Assembly: GCA_030248215.1 (NCBI GenBank)
Contig: JASANG010000273.1
Coordinates: 248,001 to 312,000 of the forward strand
Length of the DNA stretch: 64,000 nt
Direction: 5' to 3'
Source of the DNA: Enoplolaimus lenunculus
Taxonomy: Eukaryota
Shown here: piece by piece, positions 40,166 to 52,100 of the stretch
Numbering within the stretch: the first letter of the stretch is position 1
Layout of the letters: each line of letters starts with the position of its first letter
Program-made: the position numbers and the translations under genes
The notes under the pieces: generated by a model
Told to the model about the DNA's origin: nothing
What the model saw: only the letters and a program-made list of their open reading frames with translations
Databases searched by the model: none

Positions 40166-43100
40166 ATGGAGCAGTATTTTTGTGTTATTATCGGCGGAGG
40201 CATCGCTGGGGTTTCGTGTGCTGAAGAGGTATGCAGTTTGTTATACAAAACAGTTTTCTCTAAGAAAGTACGTTAAGAAGAGTTTAACTCAATTTTCGAC
40301 AGACAGGTTTGCTTTTATGTGCTTTTTACCCTTAGCTGACCAAAGGTGTAAAACAGTTTTCGAATGTATTTACCAAGATTCCCTTCACACTGGTGACGCT
40401 CGAAATATGCGACTAATGTAACAATTTTTTGTAGCTGGCATATCTTGCCCGTGGTGAACAGCTGTTGTTGATCAGTGCATCGCCTTTGGTTAAAACAGTA
40501 TCCAATGTGCAAAAAGTAAGCTGTAGGCTTGTTTTCTAATATTGTTATAGAAACTACATAGTATTCTGTGATTGAGCGACACCACTCTCCATGCGTTTTA
40601 TGTTTTGTGCTCTGGGGTCGAAAGGTGAATGTCTGTCTATCGGACGAGAATGTAATGCGGGGTTAACGTTATAACTGGGGCAGCGGGGAACGCGTTTTGT
40701 CCCTATTACACTGCTAGTTCATCTGCTATCAAATTAAAAAAATTGCATTGTCTGATGTCCTTTTGTGACATCTGCTGTTTGTAGTGCAATGTCATATGAT
40801 ATTCGAAACATTGTCTGTCAGTATCTTATGATATGTTTGAAAATGTCTGCAAGGTTATGGTAAACTCACTTGCTTGTCCTGTAGAATGTCAAATGATACT
40901 AAACTTTGAAATTTGAATTTGTTTGAAAATGTCTGCAAGGTTATGGTAAACTCACTTGCTTGTCCTGTAGAATGTCAAATGATACTAAACTTTGAAATTT
41001 GAATTATTTGTATTTATAAGTATATTTTAAGAAAAATTTCGACAGAAACAGAAGCATGTCGCAAAATTTTATGTTGACGTCGATCAACATGGGACAAAAC
41101 GTATTCCGGGCTGCCTCAGTTATAACGACTGTACACGCTTACTTATTACATTATATAAAATTTTTACAAATAACGCTAGACATACTTAATCGGAGGGTTG
41201 GCCCAAATCTCGAGTGTCGGGCTTCTATTTTCCGTGTTCTGGCATTTTGCTAACGGGGTTTGGGGGCCTACTTCCACTCGGCCAAATTCTCCTATTCAAA
41301 AAACCTCCTGGTTAGAAATTGTGCCTATAAAACGGAGGCAAAATCGTAGGTTAGCGCCTTGTCTAAGCTTTGAAGTACCAAATTTAAGCAAAAATTTGCT
41401 AAAATACAAAAAATGTGTTAAAGAATCATCGAACTTCGCTCTTTGCGTGTAGTTCTATTACGACTGTTAAATAACAATGGGCAGATAACAAAAAGAGGTG
41501 TCTGTTCGTTCGTTTATATAGTAATGATTCTTATTTCGGGATGAATTTCTGGTCGTAATTAATTACAAATTTACATAGACTGTACTTGCGATTGGAATGT
41601 GTTCATGCGATCTCATTGTTTTATACGGAGTAAACAACAACAACAACATTTTTATTGTTTAAATGATTTGGTACAATTCCAGCAAAATTTCCGTTCCTGC
41701 GTGCTGCAATGCTGGATACAGGGACAAGAATATTTAGAGTTATATATTACTTTTCGTCTATAACGGATGTCAGGTTTTACCCTGATTTCTGTGCATGCAT
41801 CAGTATACATTGTTATTGCTAGATTCCACATAAAAGTTATATCGGTTTCGAATTTGTAATTGCATGTGACAGTAATATTTTAATAAATTTTTTATGTTTT
41901 TTTATTATAGATTGGTTATGCAATCGAACGCTTTTCGGTGGATGAAAAACATGCAGATCAAGTGTTTCCTTCGACGAGCAACGTAACGTGTGTTCGCGCT
42001 GTGGTTGACAAAATTGATTATCAGGCAAAGGTTATGCGCAAACGTTTTGCACTGTGTTTTTTTGTTTTGAAATTGTCGCGATTCGGAACAAGCCGGAATG
42101 CTACTGGTGTTAATTTGTTTCGTTCTGTGTACGTAGTTTTGGTCCCTGTTAACAGGGATAGATAGAATCATGGTTGGATGTGGATGGGATGCTATGTAAA
42201 AGTATACATCAGTTTCATTAACCTGTTCGGTTGCTTCTGTAGTGATTGGTCTTTGTGTATGAACCATATTTGTAAAGCATATGTGCATGTGCATAGCTAG
42301 AACTGCGATGGTGACCAAAAGTTTACATGATGTGTTCGGAGCACGTGCCATTTCGCATGCTCTGTATGTAATTAAGCACCCGGAATATGTTCTTGATACA
42401 AGCTTCAGTTTTATCACACCTAATGCAGCTGTTGTGTAGTTTATTGCAAATTTCAAAAATATGAGCACTTGGGCAGTACGTATGGGCTTACTGCATCAAA
42501 AAAATCACCGGAAATGGAATCGAAAGCAGAAAATGTTAAATACATGCCGCCGAAAAATTCATTTTAATTTTCTTTTTTGCTGAAATAACCCTATTTGCAG
42601 ATAGGCATTCACTAGTCTGTTATATTTTAGATTTTCATAATACACGGAATTGAAATCTACTTTCGATGGTTTATTTTTGGCAATTGTCACTATACGATCT
42701 GACCGGGAACCAAGGCCTCGATGCCATGGCCGGTACCGATCGGCGCCAAGTTAGAACACGTAAAGAAAAAGCCATGATATACGTAATATGTATATGGTGG
42801 TTTACAGTGGGAAAATATGCAATTTATATATTGTGTAGTGTAATGTGTACTCACATGTTATGTGCTTTAGTGATAGGAAATTTCTGTTGTCCCACTTATA
42901 ATTTGAACCATTTAAATTAAATCTACATAATACGCATACGTACATAACGGGTAGTTTGAACGTGTTTGTTGAAGTTTAAAGCCAGGGACTCTCATTTATT
43001 TGAAAATTATGAAAACTGGGCAATGTTTGTTTTGGGTATTGCTTTTTTTGCGCTAATTCTAAAATTATGTGTAGATTAGTATTAGTATTTTAGTGTAGTG

Positions 43101-46100
43101 ATTTTTTTGTATTTACCTAGTATACAATGGCGACATTTATAAAATCAGTGTTTTATGTACTGTTATATTTTTTAAATTCAAAGAAAAATGTTTGGTATTT
43201 TAGTGAATTTAAATATTCTTTTTATTATAAATAATTCCTCCTATAAATAATTTCACCACAACTAACGAATGTAATCTTTGACACCGCAATGTGGGTATGT
43301 TGTAGCCATCCGATGTATAATTTATCCAATAATTGCCAGGCTAATCGGTCAAGGTCAGTCTTGTTGTTTCAAGTTTACACTATAACACTGATAATTGCGA
43401 GCGGTCTGCTTGCAGCTCCGATGCTCTGGTATAATATTCGATGCGAGATAGATGATCGAGCTTGGTCTGAGACTTTTTATCCCTCAAGGCAAGGCAGTCT
43501 GTCGGAGGATGTGTTTCCGTTACGAGTAGGGTATAGACTTGAACCGACAGTGATTTGTAGGGATGAACACGCTACCAGTGAAAACGGACCTGCGGCTGCG
43601 GAGTTAAGTACTAGTTTGGAAAAACAAGAGTGGTCAGATTTGGATGGGTTCGCAGTTGGTTTTGGTTCTGGTGATAAATTGCACATGCAGGGTGGTAGGC
43701 GTGTCATGGAGAGAACTTTGGTTGTGATATTTGTGACGTCGACTTTCTATCAATTTGACGAACGAACGATCGTGAGGAACACGTGGGCGGCTGTTGCGAA
43801 ACGGGTTCTCACTGCACGTGTTGTGTTTGTGATTGGTAAGAACAAGAGCATGTGGTTTCCCTTTGAAAACATATGAATTGCAAAAATCTAGAAATGGTAT
43901 TTGTTGCTGGATTTACGGGTTTTCAATCGGGGTCGTCTTTGAGCACATAAGTTGCGGTCAAAGCAGAAAATCTTATCTTCACACGAATTTGAGTTTATCC
44001 GGAGCTTTAATGTGGTATCTTGTCAGCAACCACCTATCTTCACCTGTATTCATATTGATTTATACAGTCAAGGTATGATAGAGATGGTCTTGCAGTTTTG
44101 TGGCTTGAAATTCGAAATGGCTTAATTGTGGGCTGTTAGGGGGCGACCGACTTTTTGCATGTAGTGTTTGAGAACGTATGATTGAAATGACTATTCTCGA
44201 ACTGTGTTCTATGAACTAAGTTTTATACTCGGTAGGCTTGAATGAATTGGACTGCGATTGCGTCGAAATGTGTTGTCTAAAATGAAGACTTCGGGGTCTT
44301 TTAACGAAATATTATTGTAGAAGCTATTATGAAATGTAATATTAATATTTTAGGATACAGTGATATGGAATCCATAAAAGATTTCGATCGCCTGGTTGAT
44401 GAAAACAAACGTTATAATGACATATTGTTAACTGACATTCGAGATACATATGCAAATTTAACGCTCAAAACGTATTCAATGTTCAAATGGTTTTTAAGGG
44501 CAACTTTCCTATGTCGTACTGGCGACCCTTCAGATCGTTTGTTTACAGATCTGGAAGCAGTTGTTTCCCCTAAACGCCCGTATTATGTAATGAAGACAGA
44601 TATTGATGTTGTTGTTAATCCGTGGAATTTGGGCAATTTGATGGTTGGTCAGTATGAGGCTGACGCGAAAAGACACATTTGGGGGGTTTGTAGATCTCGT
44701 GATTGGCCGTTTCATTGCAGTGGTACGAAATGGTAAGTGGGAATATAGATAGATGTTAGTAGGAGTTTTAGCAGGGCTAAGCTAAAGCAAGTGTTTGTGT
44801 AATTAGACTGGATGATTTTTAGAAGATAGATACTTAGTGGTGGGTTGTACCTCATCCAACACTAGTGAAGCGCAGTATATCTATTATGACGTAATTTACA
44901 CCAGACAATATAACTGAGCGAGACTATATTTTTGATGCTGAAATGATTGTAGTAGAAACTGACCTCTCATCGACCTTACTTTGCTAGCGCATAACTTTTT
45001 GATGTTTTGTGGTGTATATATCTGCCAGCCCGTGGGCAGAGCCAGGATTATGGAAAAAAGTCTCAAATGATGTTTGACATCTAAACCTCTCCCTAGCTAC
45101 GCCCTTGTGCGTGTGCCAACTATATATATTTTAAGTTTTGACTTAAATAGCTTTACAATGCTGTTTGCTTGTCTGTTTTTCATCAGTTAGTGTCGGATTT
45201 TAGGTACGTTCCGGTGGCTTGGTGGGGTGACCGTGGCAATTATCCTACATATTGCTCTGGCACCGGTTATTTGATGACGTCAGATTTGATATCGGATCTA
45301 GTGCGGGAAGCAGATCGCTTTGGCGAGTATATGCGGCTAGAGGATGTGTTTTTTACTGCGGTGCTCGGCGATAAAGTAAATGCGACAAGAGTTCGAGTGA
45401 GTAGCTTTTTTGCTTTAGCATTCTTTATGATTAGTAAACTTAATTTAATTTTCTTGTTTGTTTGTTTGTTTGTTATTTTGTGTTGTTTAGGCGAACTTAG
45501 TTATTGGCAGATGCAGATTTCAAAATGAGTTGATGCTTAGTAAATCTAAGATACAAAAGTATTTTTGAGCACTGGTGAAGTAATTTTGGCAGCCACACTG
45601 TGTTAGTATAGATATTAATTTTAATTTAGCATCCCGGGTTTCAAAGTGACTTTTGTTTGCGGGACGCAATTACGGTGGAACTGGGTGTCTCGCAATATAC
45701 CGCTGCTGCAATTGAAAAGATGTGGATTCGTACGATCAATGAATCTGCGTATTGTGCGAAACAGCTGATGGTATTCTGGATGGTATGGCTTGCCCTTGTC
45801 GGAGTTGCAGTTACTGCTGGATGGTGCTGTTATCGAAAACGGAGGCGACAGAATATTTCTAGAGTGGATGTATTGGGTTGAACGGGGTTTGGATTTGCAA
45901 AAGAAACGAAGAGCGACTATCATTAGCGAAATAGAAATATTTTGGTATGTGTTTTGTTTGGTTTATTTTTGAAAGTTTATGTAATGATATTGTTTACAAG
46001 GAACCAGGTACCTACTGGAACTAAATTTTGCCGGAACAGGAACAGGAACCGGAATTTGAAATAATTTTCATCAACGAATTACTGCTGGACTTTTTAGAAA

Positions 46101-49100
46101 ACTTGCCAAAAAATGGCTTAATAGCATTTTCAGCTATTTCTTCATTAACTTTTGCGAAAGCACATCAGGAACAATTTAATAACGAAATTGAACTAGGTAC
46201 AAAAACACTAATTTTGACATAATTTTCAAAGACAAAGTTTCCAATATTTAAATGATTATGAGTAATTTGCCACAAAACCGTAAAAATCCCGGTTCGTGCA
46301 TCTTTGAATGCAGGAACAGGAACAAGAACTGGAATTGAATATTTTTGCAGGAATTCCGGCCGGAACTGGAATTCCGGTTGAACCCTGCATGGAAGATATT
46401 GTTGTCTCGGCGGTGGCAGATTAGATGGATTTTTATTGTGGAGTGGGACAGTAAGTTTGCTGAAATTGTGAAAATGTAATGACTAGTTCTGAATTTTTTT
46501 GTACCGGGAATAATTTATAATAGTGTTATTTTCTTTTAGGTGAGGTATTTGGAACCTGGTTTTTTAAATTTTGTGTCGTGATTTTGATTTAAGCGAAATT
46601 GATAGGTTATCTAATATTTTGAGTTGGGATTTCAGTCAAATTTTACACAAAAATTTCTAATACTTATCATATTTGACACATATATACAAAGCCCATGGGC
46701 TGCAGTGCTTTATGAGTTATATATTCGATGAATATTTTTGTGCTGTTAATTACCTTGTGTAGGTTTAAATAAATTTTTAACATCTGGAACAGCTTTGTGT
46801 TACAATATAGTATCATGGCTTCATTCTTACGCTTAAGACAATTTTCTTGATGCATTCGCAGCACAATTTTTGTGAACGGCTGTATATGATACTGCTTAAC
46901 TTAGAATCACATGTATCAGGGGCGGATGCAGAAAAATTAAGGTACTTCCAAGGGTAGGGATTTGCAGAAAATGCTGAATAGAATGCAAGGGGTTCCTTCA
47001 CCAAGTTGTTTGTGCGTACCAAGGGCGTAGCCAGGGTTGGCTGGTTTTTGATGTCAAACCCGCTTTGGGATTTTTGTTCATGTGTTTTTAGGCACTGCAT
47101 CTATTTGCGACACAAGCAATTCAAATTTAAATATAATATAACCACCCTTTCCAAAATATAAGTAACATCCAAGACACGGGCCAATGTTCATAGCTCTGGA
47201 TGCGCTCTGGGTGTCGGATTTTTTCGCTCCTGGTTGTGAGTACCATGCGAATTAGTATTTGAATTCTAGCAGCCTGAGTTTTGTAATTTGTTCGGAGATT
47301 CATGGAATATAGTATTCGACATTTTAGTTTTGTTCAAAAAATGATAGAAAAAGCTAGTTTGTTGTTAATTTGTTTTGTTTTCGTGTTTGTTATATTGGTA
47401 TAATACAAAAAACTTTGTTTTACAATTTTAATAAATCACTTGTTTTTGTTGTTTTAGATTGTTTATACGGAAGATAGTCGTCGATTTTTGTATAAAAGTC
47501 TTTGTCTGTGTACTGGTGGCAAACCGAATGTAAGTTTGATCTTTGAATTAGTGTATATTTTAGTTGCGTTCAGCAGTAGCACTTGTGACCTGTTGATGGT
47601 AGGCTTTGTTACTTTTGATGTCAGGGTGATATTTTAACGCTCGTACTGTGGATTTTCACCTGATTACTTCGTTGATTACAACTATCAAATATCAGTTCTA
47701 CAGTAGGCGTGTATTGCGACTGTTCATGCTTCAATTTGAGTATACCACACCATACGTCCTGAGTCTCAAAGTTTACCTATTTTAGGTTTATAGTGTCTGA
47801 AATACTGCCAAGTTGCATCACATTAGTATTGAATGTTTAGATTAGGCTTATAGCGGCGTTTTAATTTTGTAGCTAAAGCTCTGTAGCGCACTGTTTATAT
47901 ACCGATGTAATTCTTGGAATTTGCTCTTTTTAGCTGCGTTTTTTGCTTTAAAATTGTCGCTGTGTCCAAAGCACTGGTTTTGTTATGCTTGAATTTTTAG
48001 TTACTATTGCGACATCCACGTGTAATTGGGATTCGTGATACTCAGTCTGTACAGGTAATGTTTTTAATCAATTTTAATATTGTAAATATTTCAATACTTA
48101 AGAGGCTTGATATTTTTGTGTGTTCTGTGAAATTTGATACAGGCTTTTAATGCTTTGTAGCAATGCATTGGGCTGAGGCGTCGTGGAGTGGGGAGAAGTT
48201 AGTTTTTGTTCCGTAGAAGAATGTACGTTTTTGCGCTTTGAACCCTTGACGAATACGTATCTATTAAAAGCACAACTAGACGCAAATATTTTTGGTACAG
48301 GTGTTTTCCCTCGTCCTACATTTTATGCGACACGTTACAGCTGGTGTAAATTATGCTTAAGAATCTGGTAATTGTAAATAATTTTTGTGTTTGATGGTGG
48401 GAGGTAGGAAAAAGTTGGTAGAGAATCAAAATATATGGCGACGCTGCATGGTTAGGAGTTGTAGGATGCGTTGGTTTTCTATTACGAGAGTATTAGTATT
48501 GTATATTTTGGCAATATATTCACTTACGTGAAAAATTAAGAATTTGGGGGCCTCTGAATATTTGGTTTGCAAAACGGAAGCGATTGCAGAATGGAATGTG
48601 TTGGTATTAGCTCTACGCGCATAACGAAGGCGTAGCCAGGGGACAAGGCGGGATCAGGGGTTAACCAAAGACGGGTTCTGTTTGCAACATAATCATCCCC
48701 ACCTTCAAAATTTTTATAGAGCGTGTCTTTCTTTTCAAAATGATGACTACAAATATGGTGCATAACACTGATTTAAATTTTTTTACCCTCATTAGTCATT
48801 CTAGATGAATATAGGTGCATTATCTTCGGTTTGATGTTTCGTACCATGAAAATTTTAGCTTGTTTCATAGACTCGGTGGTGCTTTTATTTTGTGTTATTG
48901 TACGTTTACCTTAAATTGCTGCTTAGCGATTCTACTGAACGATAACTGATTTTAAAACTTTAATTGCGTACTTTTAGCAACTGCAAGAATTATTATGCGA
49001 TGCAAAACGCGTGGTTGTGGTTGGCAACGGCGGAATTGCAACAGAACTGGTGTAAGTGGTATTTAAGTAATTTTCTTGTTTGCAGAGATAAGTTGAAGTT

Positions 49101-52100
49101 GAGCCAACTATGGCGGTGGAGTTGAGAAAATATTACTAATTATTGCAATTATGCATTTGATCGAGCTTCGCTTAATAGTGAAGTTTCACTACGACAAGTT
49201 AGTATTATCAAAATATTTTAGTTATGAACTCGAAGGTGTCGATATTGTATGGGCGGTTAAACATAAAAGCATATCGGCGACGTTTGTGGACGCAGGCGCG
49301 GCAGAATTCTTTTTGCCAAAGCTTTTCAAAAAAGCTAACCGGAGTCGTGTTAAGCAACCTAGTGCAGGTGGAGAATGTCTAACCGTGTCAAAGAGATCGA
49401 AGTATATGCACCGAGAAGGTAAGGGTTTTGCAATGAATTTGACTGATCACAGCAACATATTGTTTTGTTATGGAGCATAATCATAAAATTTGGTGATGGT
49501 GTATCGGAGAAAGCGAAAAGTTTTGGAAAAAAATACCGGGAAAATCCTGCAAACCACTTCTGAATTTTCACAAGCACCCTGAACATTTGTTTGACGCGTA
49601 GGGTCGTATTACAACCGGGTGGTAGAGCAGCGTAACGCGACCATGTATATTTGTTTGTTGTGGATGTTCGAATCTAACCGTGTGGCAGAGCAGTGTAGCC
49701 ATGCCGATCTACAACAAAAAAGTAATCTGACCAACTGTGCAACTGTGCAAATTATCGGCAGACAAAATAAACAGGTTTCTCCAAAGGTTATTACACAATT
49801 TTATGCCGTTCGCACGGCCAAGTCCAGAAGCTTTGGGAGAACAATCGCCGCAGTACATCGTTTTTCTAGACCTCGAAGAGGCGTTTAATTGCGTAAACGT
49901 GATCTCACCTGGTTGGCGCTACGCAATCACAGCGTAACAGAGGAACACGTTAGCTGGACGCAAATTTTTTGCATCAAGCCGTCGAGTTGCTTCCGAAGTA
50001 TCACAGGCACATAGGAACTGTTCCATCTTATGTTCATAATAGAAAGCGCCATACTGCCTTCTATATGCCGACGGCCTTCATAATATTTGACGGCGGACAT
50101 GGAGGAGACGGGCACGATCAAAATCTGCTACATACAACTACCAATTTGCGAGAGATAAATTAACTGGGTTCGCCGCTGTTACACTAATGTAGTCGGCTAT
50201 CGACCCATAGGCAGGGGTGAGAGTCTTGTTCTCTGCAAATCTCGGCATTTGGCAGGCAAAGCACTAAAAATAATTTGTTGAAACTTTAAATTTTCCGCCT
50301 GATGACTAAATATTGATCGAGAATGAGACTTTTCATTGCCGCTCGCCCATCCTCGCCAACAGGAGCTCGAATCAACGCTGGTTGGATAGGCTGCATCACA
50401 GCCTAGGTTCCGTCTCGTCTGCATCTTGAACAAGCGTTTAACCGAGCGAAGTTGCGGACACGTACCAAGAAAACCGACTCTGCAACCGAACAGTATTAAG
50501 GTCAAAGAAAAAGATTAATTTTTCATAAGTAGCAGATTACTTTAATGAAAGAGTTTGCTGTTAAAAAACTAACTTCGTTTATGCGAATACCTTTTTGTAT
50601 TTAGGAACATTCGTATCTGACGGACCCTATGGAGGGTTGTCTTGGCGACTAATAGTTCTAAGAGCTGCATAGCATACTAATTCATAGAATTCCTCACCAC
50701 CCACAACTTACTAAAATTATTCTTCGTATGTAAGATAAAATCAGCTTCCGTTTTCCATTGCCTTCCACTGTAACCATCGCCAGAGTTCCACTTTTACCAT
50801 TCGACAGCGCTTCTAGTTAATGAGAAATACGGGAGGGTTGCACCAACTTAAACTATTCTGTGCTTGCTCACCGTTCTATCTTCTTATCCATTGCTTACGG
50901 TTGTGTTGCTTAGGTTAGGTAAGTTAGTAGTGCAAAACTGCAGGTGCTCCCTCTCCGCGTTCAACTTGTTCCTGGACATTTTTGTATTAACATATACATA
51001 GGGCAGAATACTTGGTCTGCATCTTATGCAGAAAGGTGCCCACCCCTATCCCACAAGAACCGTTATTTTATACATTTTTCATAAAACGACATGGTCCACC
51101 AATAACCTATGTAACTATCTTAGAAGTTATATTACACAGTTGTTGCATGGTTAATTAAATTGCGTAGAATATCATTAGACAGTTTTCTTGATTAATTTAA
51201 TATTTCAAATGGTGTTCTACAGATTTTTTAATTAACCACGCAACAACTGTGTAACATTATTTCTATTATAGATGGCTAAGTTACTGGTGGACCATGCCAT
51301 TTTTTAACTTTTTATGGTGAGTACTCACCACAACACAATTTTCACTGTTGCTTTTACTTCTGCATGTTATACAGTAAGGCGCCCTCCCCCATCCAACGCT
51401 CACTTTTTATTGGTTCAAATTTTGTAATATTCCACAGAAACTAAAATCTCAAATACTGGGACTCAAAAATCTTTTTTCTCAAATTTTAGTTCTAGTGAAA
51501 TATTGCCATCAGGGTGCAACCGGAATTACAATTTACCGGAACCGGAACCGGAATTTGAAAATTTTATTGGAACCGGAACCGTAACCGGAAAGTGAAAAAT
51601 GCATTTCACCAAAAATTTCATTTTAATCTTATTTTTTGCTCTATTATTTGTGAAATGACCTTAGTTGAACATAGGTATTTATTTTATTTATTATATTTTA
51701 GATTTTCGTCGTCGATTGAAGTGAAATCCACCATCATTGGCTTATATTCGGAGTACAAGTGGCTTTCAAAAGAGATTTTTAAAACTTAGCAAAGTTAAGA
51801 AAACGGCCAAATTATAATACCGGAATTTTTAAATCCGGTAAAAATTTACCGGAACCGGAACCGGAAGGTGAAAAAATGCCGGAACCGGAACCGGAATTCC
51901 GGTTGCACCCTGATTGCCATTGCTTTTCCGTACTGGTTTTTCAGAATAGTCCAGAAGTTGTTAGCGTAATTTGTTTGAATAAAGAAGTTTGCAATCCACA
52001 ACTTGATAACTTTAGGTTCATAGTAAAGTATTGGTTTAGAAATAGTCGTATTAGGAATAAAATCAATTATTTTTTGGAGTTGTCCTTTATAATTTTGTAG

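Noticed and set aside
45397..45528. Hydrophobic read-through tail of the GT31 third exon
   Set aside because: T-rich intron sequence after a strong GTGAGT donor. The hydrophobicity is a compositional artefact.
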